Assembly (NCBI GenBank): GCA_041690135.1
Contig: JAWLHY010000012.1
Span: forward strand, 64,001-128,000
Reading direction: 5' to 3'
DNA from: Armatimonadota bacterium
GTDB taxonomy: Bacteria > Armatimonadota > SYMT01
Length of the DNA: 64,000 nucleotides
The notes under the pieces are model-generated. The model was not told where the DNA came from. It did not search any database and saw only the letters and a program-made list of their open reading frames with translations. The stretch's first letter is position 1. Every line of letters starts with the position of its first letter. Positions 40,320 to 50,452 of this stretch are shown here, one piece after another. The translations under genes and the position numbers were made by a program.

Positions 40320-40531
40320 GCATGCGTCGGGTACCCCGAAGGGGTGTTGCATTGCACTGCAGCCGGAACGCTTCGTGCGCAGGACATGTCCCCGTAGGGG
40401 TTGCACTGCGCCGCTCCCAACCCGGTGCCGGCATCGGCGACCCGGGTGAGCCGCGACGAAGGCGTATGCCTGCCGAGGAAGGCCGCGCGGGCAGTGCACC
40501 CCGTCTCCCCTTCGGGGTACCCGGCGCATGC
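40320..40531. repeat. REP/MITE-like element with 25-bp inverted ends
   Basis: GCATGCGTCGGGTACCCCGAAGGGG vs CCCCTTCGGGGTACCCGGCGCATGC (24/25 match). Confidence 0.8.
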
Positions 40532-40538
40532 CTATCCA

Positions 40539-40612
40539 CCCGAATGCCGGATTGCCTGAACGCCCAATCCCCGCACGCCTGAATGTCTGCACGCCCGAAC
40601 ACCTGCACACCT
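40539..40612 (+). repeat. Degenerate octamer repeat (CCYGAAYR type)
   Basis: Visible units. The same family occurs at 57291-57320 and in reverse at ~11430-11457. Confidence 0.65.
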
Positions 40613-40626
40613 TGTAAAGTGCGGGT

Positions 40627-41070
40627 ATGCTATCCCCGTTCTCCCGAAAGACGAGTGGGAGCGGGGAGGCGTGGGTGCAATATCGACAGGTGGCGGGGGT
40701 GATTCTGTATCGGGAGGGGCGGGTGCTGCTGCAACACCGGGACGATAAGCCGTCGATCCGCTGGCCGGGGGCCTGGGCGATCTTCGGCGGGCATGTGGAC
40801 GAGGGAGAACCTCCGGAGGCGGCCGCGCGCCGGGAGATCGAGGAGGAGCTGGCGCTGCGCCTGGAAGGTCCGCTGGAGCTCGTGCACCATGCCCGGCACG
40901 AGGACGGCCGGGAGCGGTTCTTCTATGCTGCGGAGCTACCGATCCCGCCCGAGGAGTTGACGCTCCACGAGGGCCAGGGAATGGCGCTGCTCAGCCGGGA
41001 AGAGCTGGATACCTATCCCCTGGTCCCGCTCCACCGGGAGATCTTGGTCCGGTTCCTGGACACCCGATGA
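40627..41070 (+). CDS. NUDIX hydrolase
   Basis: GGHVDEGEPPEAAARREIEEEL Nudix box. Confidence 0.9.
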   Translation: MLSPFSRKTSGSGEAWVQYRQVAGVILYREGRVLLQHRDDKPSIRWPGAWAIFGGHVDEGEPPEAAARREIEEELALRLEGPLELVHHARHEDGRERFFYAAELPIPPEELTLHEGQGMALLSREELDTYPLVPLHREILVRFLDTR

Positions 41071-41074
41071 GTAC

Positions 41075-42025
41075 CTACTTCCTCACCAGGGGGAGCTCGC
41101 GTGAGGGCTCGCGGCCGTGGCCGGTGAGCACGATCCGGTCCGGGTGGAGGGTGGCGACGGCATGGGCGTTGGTGTCGGCGGTTTCCACCATGCCGCGCAG
41201 GGTGAGGAACGGGATCCCGTGATGGGTGCCGAAATTCCCGGCGTGGTTGTGTCCGTTGAACCAGGCGACGACATTCCGCTGTCGCTCCAGCGCCGCCAGT
41301 AGCTCGTCGCAGTTCCACAGGTTGTGGACGTTGGCCGGGAACACGGGATGATGCGCGAAGACGATCACCTTCCGACCGGCACCCGCGGCCTCCCGGCACT
41401 GTGCCTCGAACCACTTCAACTGCGCCGGGCTGACCCCGCTGTTCCAGGACTGCGCGTGCGGCACCTTCGCGGCCTGGAGGCGCTGGAGCTCCGCCGCGGC
41501 CGCCGTCTGCTCGGGGCTGTCCGCCGGGTGGGCGTAGGTGCTGACCTCCGTGGTATCCAGCGCGACAAACCGGAACCCGCCCCGGTCGAAGGCGTAGTAG
41601 CGGCGCTTCATGCCCATGCGTCCGGGCACGCGTGGCTTCATCGCATCCAGAACGGCGAAGTCGTGGTTGCCGAGGAGTTGGTGGACGACGTGCCGACTCC
41701 GGGCCAGGGGCTTCAGGATGTCGTCGAAGCTGTTCCACTCCTTGTCGATCAGGTCTCCCAGGTGGACGCAGAAATCGAGATCCTGGCCGTTGAAATGGTC
41801 CAGTGCCTGCTCCAGCTTCCCGACCGACGCGCGGTAGAAGCGGGTCCCCACCGGATCGATGTCGGCGTACTGGGCGTCCGCGATGAGCCCGATCCGCACC
41901 GGGCGGTTTCCGTTTTCCGTCCCGGTTCCCGCCTGCGCGTAGGCCTCTGGTGCGAAGATGGGCGCGCCGGCGAGCATCGCACCCCCGGAAGCTAACAGGT
42001 AGCGTCGTGTAAGGGAGGACATCAT
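41075..42025 (-). CDS. Tat-exported metallophosphoesterase (Mn-dependent ADP-ribose/CDP-alcohol diphosphatase-like)
   Basis: TRRYLL, IADAQY, LGDLID, GNHD, HHP and GHNH. Confidence 0.88.
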   Translation of the reverse strand: MMSSLTRRYLLASGGAMLAGAPIFAPEAYAQAGTGTENGNRPVRIGLIADAQYADIDPVGTRFYRASVGKLEQALDHFNGQDLDFCVHLGDLIDKEWNSFDDILKPLARSRHVVHQLLGNHDFAVLDAMKPRVPGRMGMKRRYYAFDRGGFRFVALDTTEVSTYAHPADSPEQTAAAAELQRLQAAKVPHAQSWNSGVSPAQLKWFEAQCREAAGAGRKVIVFAHHPVFPANVHNLWNCDELLAALERQRNVVAWFNGHNHAGNFGTHHGIPFLTLRGMVETADTNAHAVATLHPDRIVLTGHGREPSRELPLVRK

Positions 42026-42032
42026 TCACTTC

Positions 42033-42953
42033 CTACCAGGGACGCAGGGCGCCCACCAGACGGCGAAGCATGAGCGCCGCCTTGCCGCTCTTGCCCAGCG
42101 ACGGGCGGCGCGTGAGGACGTCGTAGCCCTGGGCTTCGATCATGTTCAGGATCGCTTCGCCGCCGCGGGTGAAGAGCTCCAGGTCGAGGCGCAACCGGCG
42201 CGGCACCATGGAGACCAGCGGCAGGCCTCGGGAAAAGAGCTGGCGCGCCCGGTCGACTTCGAACTCCATCAGGTCCCGGAAGGCCGGGGTGAACTGGCGC
42301 CGCGCGATCTGCTCCTCCGTGACGCCGAAGCGCTCCATGTCCTCCAGCGGCAGGTAGACCCGGCCCTTTTCCCAGTCGACGGTCACGTCCTGCCAGAAGT
42401 TGGTGAGCTGGAGCGCCGTGCAGGTGGCGTCGGAGAGTCGCTGTCGCTCCTCGTCGCGAAAGCCGAAGAGGTAGAGCACCAGGCGGCCCACCGGATCGGC
42501 GCTGCGGGTGCAGTAGTGGAGCAGGTCCGGGTAGGCGGGGAACCGCTTGACCGTCTGGTCCTGCACGAAGGCGTCGAGTAGGTGGTGGAACGGGTCGGCG
42601 GGGATGTCGAACTTGAGGATCGTCTCCCGCAGCGCCACGAAGACCGGGTGCCGCGGATTTCCCCCGTAGCACGCTTCCAGCTCCCGCCGCCACCACTCCA
42701 GGCCCTGGATGCAAAGAGCCGGGTCGGGGATCTCGTCGCCCAGGTCGTCCGCCCAGCGGCAGTAGGCGTACACATTGAACATATGCTGCCGCAGCTCCGC
42801 GGGCAGGAACGCGGACACCACCGTAAAATTCTCGTAGTGGGAGCGCGCGATCTTTTCGGTGTACTGGCGGGCCTCGCCCGGGCTGTACTGGTGCCCCTCG
42901 TTTACCCGGTAGTAAGCGGGCAGGTGCTCGTAAATACTCATCGCTTCGGACAT
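42033..42953 (-). CDS. hpnC: Squalene synthase HpnC
   Basis: HYENFTVVS, YCRWADDLGDE, YCTRSADPVGRLVL and ALQLTNFWQD. Confidence 0.88.
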   Translation of the reverse strand: MSEAMSIYEHLPAYYRVNEGHQYSPGEARQYTEKIARSHYENFTVVSAFLPAELRQHMFNVYAYCRWADDLGDEIPDPALCIQGLEWWRRELEACYGGNPRHPVFVALRETILKFDIPADPFHHLLDAFVQDQTVKRFPAYPDLLHYCTRSADPVGRLVLYLFGFRDEERQRLSDATCTALQLTNFWQDVTVDWEKGRVYLPLEDMERFGVTEEQIARRQFTPAFRDLMEFEVDRARQLFSRGLPLVSMVPRRLRLDLELFTRGGEAILNMIEAQGYDVLTRRPSLGKSGKAALMLRRLVGALRPW

Positions 42954-43093
42954 TTCCCGCTCCACGGCCGACTTCCCTGCAAAGGCCACAAAACGTCAAC
43001 CATCAAGGTGCACCCATCTCGCCGCTCGCACCACTCACCCCATTCCCATTCGTCTCATTCGCCCTATTCGCGGATCATTACTCACCAACACCC

Positions 43094-43873
43094 ATGCGAA
43101 TTCCACTCTACCAGATCGACGCTTTTGCGCGGGAAGTGTTCCGGGGCAACCCGGCCGCCGTGTGTCCCCTGGACGACTGGCTCCCGGATGGGGTGCTTCA
43201 GTCTATCGCCGCAGAGAACAACCTGGCCGAAACCGCCTTTCTTGTGGGAGGTGAGGGTCGCTACCGGTTGCGGTGGTTCACTCCCACGCGGGAGGTCGAC
43301 CTTTGCGGGCATGCCACGCTGGCCTCGGCCCACGTCGTGTTCGAATACCTGGAGCCGGGACGGGAGACGGTGGTGTTCGACAGCCGCAGCGGACCGCTGG
43401 CGGTGGAGCGGCGGGAAGGATTGATCACCCTGGACTTTCCGGTCCTCCCCTACGAGGCGGTGGAGCCTCCCGCGCTGCTGGTGGAAGGCCTGGGACGCAC
43501 CCCCACGGCGACGTACAAGTCCCGCGACTACCTGGCGGTCTTCGACACCGAAGAGGAGATCGTCGCCTTGCGTCCCGACATGGCCCGCCTGGCGAAGCTC
43601 GATTCGCTGGGGACCATCGCCACCGCGCCCGGACGATCCAGCGACTTCGTCTCCCGCTTCTTCGCGCCGCAGGCGGGAATTCCGGAGGACCCGGTAACCG
43701 GATCGGCCCACAGCACCCTCACGCCGTACTGGGCGGAGCGCCTGGGGAAAACGGAGCTCCACGCACTCCAGCTTTCCCCGCGAGGTGGGGAGCTGTTCTG
43801 CACGGCGCGTGGGGAGCGGGTCTCCATCGCCGGGCGCGCGGTCCGCTACCTGGAGGGGACGATTTGCCTGTAA
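43094..43873 (+). CDS. PhzF family isomerase
   Basis: GNPAAV, NLAETAF, EVDLCGHATLA and EDPVTGSAH. Confidence 0.93.
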   Translation: MRIPLYQIDAFAREVFRGNPAAVCPLDDWLPDGVLQSIAAENNLAETAFLVGGEGRYRLRWFTPTREVDLCGHATLASAHVVFEYLEPGRETVVFDSRSGPLAVERREGLITLDFPVLPYEAVEPPALLVEGLGRTPTATYKSRDYLAVFDTEEEIVALRPDMARLAKLDSLGTIATAPGRSSDFVSRFFAPQAGIPEDPVTGSAHSTLTPYWAERLGKTELHALQLSPRGGELFCTARGERVSIAGRAVRYLEGTICL

Positions 43874-44114
43874 CTCGTCCCCGCTGGTACAAGCGGGCGT
43901 GAGGAGCGGAGAGGGCCGTGGGTGAACCGGGGATGGCGTAATGCGTAATGCGTGAGGAACGTGCGAGAGTGGGTGCGTAGGATGGGCAGGCCTGCCTCGG
44001 GCCAGGGTCCGGATGATGCGTATTGCGTAATCCGAACCCTACGCCCAAAGGCCGCTACCTTATACTCCCAGCGGTTACCGGGATACTGGCCGGGCTTGAT
44101 GGAGGTTGCGTTTC

Positions 44115-45170
44115 TTACGGGTTGAGGATCACGCCCAAGGCGTCGCCGGGGTGGTCGATCAAGACGTCGCAGAGGGCGGGGGCTTCTTGCAGCGGGACCC
44201 GGTGGGTGATCAGGGGATCGGTTTTGAGGCGGCCGAGCGCCATGAAGCGGAGGCATTCCTCGATATTGCGGCGGGTGGTCCACTCCACGAACACTGGGGG
44301 ATAATCCTTACCGTGCTCCCACTCTTTATCGTGGTAGCCGGGACCGGGGCGGGCGCTGGACCGCACATCCACGTTCCCCAGTCCCGCGGCGAAGACGTGA
44401 TCGATCCGGGCGCCGCCGACCACCACCACGCGGCCCATGGTGTGGGTGTCGGGCGCCTTCTTCAGGAGCTGGGCCAGGGCGACGAGCGCGGGGGTACCGT
44501 CGCCACCGAAGGCGATGATCCCGCCGTCGAAGCCGTGCCCACGGCTGAACTCCCGGCCCAGTGCGGAAAAGTCGGCCTCGTCGGGAGAGACCACCTGCTC
44601 CACCCAGCCGGTCGCCGCGGCGGCCTGCCGGCGCAGTGGGAAGCGGTCCACCCCCAGCACGTGCGCCCCCGCGATCCCCGCCAGTTGCGCGGAGAAGTGG
44701 CCGACGATCCCCAGCCCCATCACCGCCACATGCTCGCCCAGCGTAAACTCGCCGCGCCGAACCGCATGGAGCGCGGTGGCCGCGAGGTGGTTGGTGGCGG
44801 CCGCTTCGAAGGAGACCCCGTCCGGGATCACCACGCTCAGGTTGCGGGGTACGGCCGCGTGGGTGGCGTGGAGCGCATAGCCCCCGCCCATGCAGGCGAC
44901 CCGCGTCCTGAGGGGAATGTCCTCGCAGCCGGGGCCCTGCGCGATCACCACGCCGGCGTTGCTGTAGCCGAACGGTCGCTTCGGCGCCTGCGGGTCCGGG
45001 CTGCGGCGGCGCTCGGGGACTTTCCCCAGCTCCGTTCCGGGGCTGACGCAGCAGGCGCGGACCTCCACCAGCACCTGCCCCGGTGCGAGCTCCGGAATGG
45101 GCTGTTCCTCGACGGTGATCCGGCCGGCCCCGTCGAGCATGACCACGCGGCGGGTGTTAATCGGAGTCAC
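44115..45170 (-). CDS. MDR-family (zinc-binding-like) dehydrogenase
   Basis: VSPGTE, GYSNAG, GLGIVG and LITHR. GTG start at 45170 inferred. Confidence 0.85.
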   Translation of the reverse strand: MTPINTRRVVMLDGAGRITVEEQPIPELAPGQVLVEVRACCVSPGTELGKVPERRRSPDPQAPKRPFGYSNAGVVIAQGPGCEDIPLRTRVACMGGGYALHATHAAVPRNLSVVIPDGVSFEAAATNHLAATALHAVRRGEFTLGEHVAVMGLGIVGHFSAQLAGIAGAHVLGVDRFPLRRQAAAATGWVEQVVSPDEADFSALGREFSRGHGFDGGIIAFGGDGTPALVALAQLLKKAPDTHTMGRVVVVGGARIDHVFAAGLGNVDVRSSARPGPGYHDKEWEHGKDYPPVFVEWTTRRNIEECLRFMALGRLKTDPLITHRVPLQEAPALCDVLIDHPGDALGVILNP

Positions 45171-45795
45171 CGCTCTCACCGAAAAGGTCCGCAATGGCAA
45201 TGGCTGTCCCGGAAAGGGCTGGGCACTCCATGACTTCTCCGGTCCGGTAGAGGTGCAGGGTACGGTACTCGCCGTCCACGGGCTCGGCATAGACCTCTAC
45301 CCGCTGATCCGGAAGATTGACCAGCCAGCATTCCGGGATACCTGCCGCCGCGTACGCCGGCAGCTTCCGCTTCCGGTCGTGGTCGACACTCGAATCCGCG
45401 ACCTCCACGAGCAGGAGGATGTCTTCGGGCCCCGGGAAGCGGTCCCGGTACCGTCGTTCCGGACCCCGGACCACGGCGATATCCGGCTGCGGGTCATACC
45501 ACTGGTTCAGGCGGATCGGCTTCTCCTCGCGCGCGTGCCCACCACAGGCCGCGGCCCGGTCTTCCAGAAACTTTCCGATCAGATCAACGATGTACGCGTG
45601 CAGCGGAAACGGCGGCGCGAACTCGTAGATCTCCCCGTCGAGCAGTTCGAAGCGACCTTCAGGCGGAAGGAGTCCCGCTTCACCCAGCCGGATCAGGTCG
45701 TCCCCCGTCCATTTCCACCGCCGGGGGGGCTCCGCGGGCGACCCGCTGGTGCCGGCTTCCAACTGGATCTGCGGTAAGGGTTCGAGAAGTGCCAT
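45157..45795 (-). CDS. Uma2 family (DUF820) protein
   Basis: FELLDGEI, PQPDIAVV, EVADSS and YAAAGIPECWLVNL. Confidence 0.9.
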   Translation of the reverse strand: MALLEPLPQIQLEAGTSGSPAEPPRRWKWTGDDLIRLGEAGLLPPEGRFELLDGEIYEFAPPFPLHAYIVDLIGKFLEDRAAACGGHAREEKPIRLNQWYDPQPDIAVVRGPERRYRDRFPGPEDILLLVEVADSSVDHDRKRKLPAYAAAGIPECWLVNLPDQRVEVYAEPVDGEYRTLHLYRTGEVMECPALSGTAIAIADLFGESGDSD

Positions 45796-46022
45796 AGTCC
45801 GTGCTCAATCCCGGGTTGCAGCCCACCGGGTGCCCAATACGCACCCGTCCTTGATTATACCGGAAGCATGCCGACAGATCGGAGCGAAATCCCGAGCGGA
45901 GAAGGGGGAGACCCCTCGCAGCGCGAAACAGCTTGACGGGCTGCACCTCTCACGAGGGCTCGCGAGGCGCTCTCGCCTCCGCACCCCACCCGCATTTCGC
46001 CACGCGCACTACGAGGATTTTC

Positions 46023-46865
46023 ATGGCCATCGAACCGTACGCCATCGGTATCTGCAGCTGGTCCGTCCAGGTGACCAGCGTACCGGAGCTCCGCCGGATC
46101 CTGGACCGGCTGGGGATCAACCTCATCCAGATCGCCTGCGGCGATCCGCACCACGCCTCCTGGGAAGAAGGGGACAACATGCCCGAGGCGGCGAAGGCGG
46201 CCGGCTTCGAGATGTCGGCGGCTATGCTCGGCTTCCCGGGCGAGGACTACACCACGCCGCGGACCATTCAGGAGACCGGCGGTTTCGGCAACCCCGCCAC
46301 CCGCGCCGAGCGGCTGGAGCGACTGCGCTGGGCGGTGGACCGCACCCGGCAGCTCGGCATCGATAAGCTGATGCTCCACGGGGGTTTCCTGCCCGAGCCG
46401 GGCGACCCGGACCGCTCGTCGTTCCTCGACACCCTGGGCACCGCCGCGGCCATCGCCCAGGAGAAGGGGGTCAACCTCCACCTGGAGACCGGCCAGGAAA
46501 CGGCGGAATTGCTGCGGCGGACTCTCGACGACCTGAAATGCCCGAACGTGAAGGTGAACTTCGACCCCGCCAACATGCTCCTGTACGACATGGGCGACCC
46601 GATCCGCGCGGTCGAGATCCTGGGCTCCGACATCGGCAGCGTGCACTGCAAAGACGCCAACCGTCCCACCGTAAAGGGCGAATGGGGTGAAGAGGTGCCG
46701 CTCGGCCAGGGTCAGGTGGGCATGAAGGCCTTCATCGCCACCCTGAAGAAGGTCGGCTACAACGGTCCGCTGGTGATCGAGCGCGAGGTCGGCAACCAGG
46801 AAGAGCGGATCCGCGACTGCGCCCACGGCATCGAAGTCCTGAAGGGCATCCTGGCAGAGCTGTAG
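46023..46865 (+). CDS. Sugar phosphate isomerase/epimerase (TIM barrel)
   Basis: LETGQE, NFDPAN, VHCKD and IERE. Confidence 0.9.
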   Translation: MAIEPYAIGICSWSVQVTSVPELRRILDRLGINLIQIACGDPHHASWEEGDNMPEAAKAAGFEMSAAMLGFPGEDYTTPRTIQETGGFGNPATRAERLERLRWAVDRTRQLGIDKLMLHGGFLPEPGDPDRSSFLDTLGTAAAIAQEKGVNLHLETGQETAELLRRTLDDLKCPNVKVNFDPANMLLYDMGDPIRAVEILGSDIGSVHCKDANRPTVKGEWGEEVPLGQGQVGMKAFIATLKKVGYNGPLVIEREVGNQEERIRDCAHGIEVLKGILAEL

Positions 46866-46872
46866 CCCCCAA

Positions 46873-46989
46873 ACTCTTACTCCTACTCTTACTCCTACTC
46901 TTACTCCTACTCCCGCTCCACCTGGAAGAAGCTCCTTCCGGCCGGCGCCGATGAAGAGTAAGATGAAGAGCAGGAGTAAGGGTAAGAGT
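46873..46989. repeat. Hexamer repeats (ACTCTT/ACTCCT)n facing a complementary purine tract
   Basis: ACTCTTACTCCT tandem copies, followed by the GAGTAAG..GGAGTAAGGGTAAGAGT complement. Confidence 0.75.
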
Positions 46990-47377
46990 GGAATCGATAT
47001 CGGAAGAGAAATCGGTCTACGAGTTGGCGGGCGGCGATGAGCCGTTCGCACTGCTGGTGGACGCGTTCTATCGCGGGGTGGAGCAGGACCCGCTGCTCCG
47101 CCCCATGTATCCGGAAGATCTGGGCCCCGGAAAGGAGCACCTGTTTCTGTTCCTCACCCAGTTCTTCGGCGGCCCGCCCCGCTACCAGGCCCAGCGTGGT
47201 CATCCCCGGCTGCGGATGCGGCATTTCCCCTTTTCCATCGGTACCGCGGAGCGCGACGCCTGGCTCAAGCACATGCGCGCCGCCGTGGACGAGGTGGGCT
47301 TTCAGGACCCCGTCCGCGCCGCCATGCTCGAATACTTCGAACGCGCCGCCCACTTCCTCATGAACCGCGAGGGGTAG
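46988..47377 (+). CDS. Group II truncated hemoglobin (GlbO-like)
   Basis: YELAGG, LVDAFY, QFFGGP, GHPRLRMRH and RDAWL. Confidence 0.9.
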   Translation: MESISEEKSVYELAGGDEPFALLVDAFYRGVEQDPLLRPMYPEDLGPGKEHLFLFLTQFFGGPPRYQAQRGHPRLRMRHFPFSIGTAERDAWLKHMRAAVDEVGFQDPVRAAMLEYFERAAHFLMNREG

Positions 47378-47740
47378 GGAATCTCTCGCAAAGCCGCGAA
47401 GCCGCCAAGAAGTGGGAAGGGCAAATCTCTCGCAAAGCCGCAAAGGCGCAAAGGGGAGGGAAAAGGATGGGCCGGCGGAACGGAGGTAGATGACCGGGGG
47501 GATGCAGAGGCGCCCGTTAGAACGGAATGCATAGATCTGTGCCCCGATGAGCTACTACTCGTTTTCCAATCGCCTACGCCAATCTTGGCAGCGAAAAACA
47601 GTTGTGGCGGATCTTGAGGTCCGCCACGGCTGTTTTCATTTCATCCCGTTCTTCTTCTAATTGCTTGGCGTCTTGGCGCCTTTGCGAGAGCTCTTTCCGC
47701 GTCATTCCGCGTATTCCGCGGGCAACCTCCGGCTTCGGCG

Positions 47741-48814
47741 CTATCGCGCCGCGATTTGTTTTTTCTTGCTCCACTGCATCGGCGGGCCCAGCTCGCGGAG
47801 GTTCAGGCGGTGGTCGGCGGCGTGGAGGTTGCGCGCCTTCACCGCGGCGGAAGTTTTCGGCCAGGCCTCGCCGCCGGCTTCCGTGTACGCCTTCTCGATC
47901 TGGGCCGCGAACATGTCGCCCACGTATTTCTTGATGCGGCCGCCCTTGTCCAGCACGTTGGCGCGGATGCGGTTCACCTGGGTGGCGGCATCGTTCGCGC
48001 GCGGATAATGCTTGCGGAGCAGGCGTCCCTGGCGCTGGATCTCCAGGAAGTACTGGCGCTGGTCTTCCAGGAGCGAGGCGTCCGCAATGGGGCCGTGGCC
48101 GGGCACGACGATCTTTGGCTTCAGCTTCTTGGCATTCTCCAGCGTTTCGATCCACTTGCCGATGTTACCGTCGCCGGTGTAGTTGTAGGGACCGTTCACA
48201 CAGGCGTCGCCGCTGAACAGGATCCGCTCCTTCGGCAGCCAGGCCCAGCCGTCGCCGTGGGTGTGCGCCACGCCGAACCACTTCAGCTCCATGCGCGTCT
48301 TGCCGTCGTCGAACGCCATCTCCTTGGGAAAAAGGAGGGTCGGCGGCTTCAGCTTGCTGGCGGCCACGTCCGCGCGGGTGCGGGCGGCTTCCTCCCACCG
48401 GCCCGGCTTTCCGCCGTAGTGACCGGTTTCGTACTTCTTCATTTCCCGGATCACGCCCTCATGCGCAACGGGGATGGCGCCGTGGTCGACCCACACCTGG
48501 TTGCCGTAGGCGTGATCGCCATGGTGGTGCGTGTCGAAGGCGAAGCGGATCGGCTTGCTGGTGAGCGCCTTGATCTTGGGGATGATCACCTGCGCGCCGG
48601 ACGGGAAGTTCGCGTCCACCACCACCACGTAATCGTCGAACACTACCCACCCATTGTTGCAGTGGCCGTGGCCGTGGAGGTCTCCCTCGTGGAAGTAGAC
48701 TCCCGGCGAAACTTCCTTCACCGTGTTGATCTGCGACTCCACCGGCCGCAGCGAGACGAACAGCCCGGCCGAGGCACCCACCAGCGCCAGGCCGAAAACC
48801 GCTTTCCGCAGCAT
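47741..48814 (-). CDS. Secreted MBL-fold metallo-hydrolase (cyclase-like)
   Basis: Signal peptide, THHHGDH, AHTHGD, FSGD and VPGHG. Confidence 0.88.
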   Translation of the reverse strand: MLRKAVFGLALVGASAGLFVSLRPVESQINTVKEVSPGVYFHEGDLHGHGHCNNGWVVFDDYVVVVDANFPSGAQVIIPKIKALTSKPIRFAFDTHHHGDHAYGNQVWVDHGAIPVAHEGVIREMKKYETGHYGGKPGRWEEAARTRADVAASKLKPPTLLFPKEMAFDDGKTRMELKWFGVAHTHGDGWAWLPKERILFSGDACVNGPYNYTGDGNIGKWIETLENAKKLKPKIVVPGHGPIADASLLEDQRQYFLEIQRQGRLLRKHYPRANDAATQVNRIRANVLDKGGRIKKYVGDMFAAQIEKAYTEAGGEAWPKTSAAVKARNLHAADHRLNLRELGPPMQWSKKKQIAAR

Positions 48815-48968
48815 GCTTTTCCCTCTCCCGGCGGCCTCCCGGCCTGCCGCTCCTCTGTTTCCTGCCGGAAGGTTCACCACGGGGAAGTTCACGTCCTCTC
48901 AATGCTTCCGCCGTACCAACCACTTCTACATCCGGACGACGGGGCATCCCTCTCCAGAAACCTGGATG

Positions 48969-49394
48969 TTACTCTCTTGCCCCAGCCTGTCGAAGCATCT
49001 GGATGATCTTCTTGTTTCCAGTTCGCCGAGCCTCCTGAAAAGGGAATTCCCCCCATGGAAGTGGACGATTTACGTCAGCGCCGGCCTTCAGCAGCACTTC
49101 CAGTGTTTCCGGAAGCTCGTAGCGTATCGCCAGGTGGAGTGCAGGGAAGTGCGCGGTTGCATCATTAGGCTCAGCTTCACCTGCCAGCATGCCGCTTACT
49201 TCGCGTGCGAGCTGAATATCGGCAGCGTGCCACTCCGCGCCAGTCGAATTTCTATCCTCCAGTTCCATGCCCACATGGAGAATTCGATCTGAAAGCATGT
49301 CGGTCAGTTCGGCACGTCGTCTTTCCCGCCAGGAAGAAACGCCCGCAAGTATTGTTATGAGCACGAGCGCAAGGCAGAGAGTTTTCTTGCCCAT
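48969..49394 (-). CDS. Small membrane-anchored ankyrin-repeat protein
   Basis: N-terminal TM, ALHLAI..LLKAGADVN, and IIQMLRQAGA. Confidence 0.75.
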   Translation of the reverse strand: MGKKTLCLALVLITILAGVSSWRERRRAELTDMLSDRILHVGMELEDRNSTGAEWHAADIQLAREVSGMLAGEAEPNDATAHFPALHLAIRYELPETLEVLLKAGADVNRPLPWGEFPFQEARRTGNKKIIQMLRQAGARE

Positions 49395-49592
49395 GAGGAT
49401 GTTACCTTGCTAATGCTGCCCTACGTCCCGCTCAAAGGCCTGGGCGGCAAGCTCCACGTACACTTGCGGCAGTGGGGAAAGGCTGTACGCAGGCAGGCCA
49501 GGCTTTCGTGGGAAGTGCCGGGTCCCCTTGCCATGATTTGGAAGCTGGGGTGCAGGCGATCGATCATGGTAGGGATCCGCGTTAGTGCCTGA

Positions 49593-50372
49593 TCATGGGA
49601 CGGAAAGAACCCGAACGATGCGTTGGATGCGGGCCAGGGCACCCCGCTGGTGCGGATTCCGGGTGGCACGGCGCCGGAGCTCGTTTTCCCGGGCACGGGC
49701 GCGTTGCAGGGCGGTGCGGCCCGTGCCATTGCGCAGCGAAAGGTCGGCGCCGGCATCCCGAAGGATCTCCACGTAGGTCGGTTGGTTCCAGGCGATCGCC
49801 CACATCAGCGGGGTCAGGCCGGCGGCATCCTGCTGATTGAGGTCCGCTCCGTGATCGATGAGCAGTCGCAGGAGATCCTCCGCCCCCGCTGCCGCGGTGG
49901 CATACATCAAGGCGGTTTCCCCATGGATGTCCGCCGCATTGATTTCGGACCCTCTCTCCACCAGCAACCGGACACAGCCAATCCGTGCAGCCGAGGCAGC
50001 CCGCATCAGCGGAGTGACACGGCCCCGGGTGGATTGACTTGCGGAAGCGCCGCGGTCGAGTACCTCCCGCAGGAAAGTTTCATCGCCGAGATCAACGGCC
50101 GCGCGCGTGCAGGTGATCCGCATCGGCCCCATCGTCGTCGGTGAGGCTCCTTCCCGCACCAGACCCCGAGCCTTCCAGGGATCGTGGTTGTCCAGGGCCC
50201 ATGCGAGATCCTGATCGAGCGAGACCTGCCGCTGGTGCAGGATGTAGGCTCCCCAGCCGATCGCCGGGACGATCGTGAAGAGCGCGATCACGCACAGTAC
50301 TTCCAGGATGCGCCGTTGGAAAGCCGGGGAATGGCCGCGCCCTGGTCCCATTCGCCCAACGTCTTCGCTCAT
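49593..50372 (-). CDS. Membrane-anchored ankyrin-repeat protein
   Basis: TM segment and TPLMRAA / TALMYA / TPLMWA / TALQRA repeats. Confidence 0.88.
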   Translation of the reverse strand: MSEDVGRMGPGRGHSPAFQRRILEVLCVIALFTIVPAIGWGAYILHQRQVSLDQDLAWALDNHDPWKARGLVREGASPTTMGPMRITCTRAAVDLGDETFLREVLDRGASASQSTRGRVTPLMRAASAARIGCVRLLVERGSEINAADIHGETALMYATAAAGAEDLLRLLIDHGADLNQQDAAGLTPLMWAIAWNQPTYVEILRDAGADLSLRNGTGRTALQRARARENELRRRATRNPHQRGALARIQRIVRVLSVP

Positions 50373-50452
50373 CTCGTTCGCTGCTCCCGTCGAATGCACC
50401 CTCAACAGACGAAAGCAAGCCTCGGATGGGTTACGCGGCGCTGGGGCCGTCT

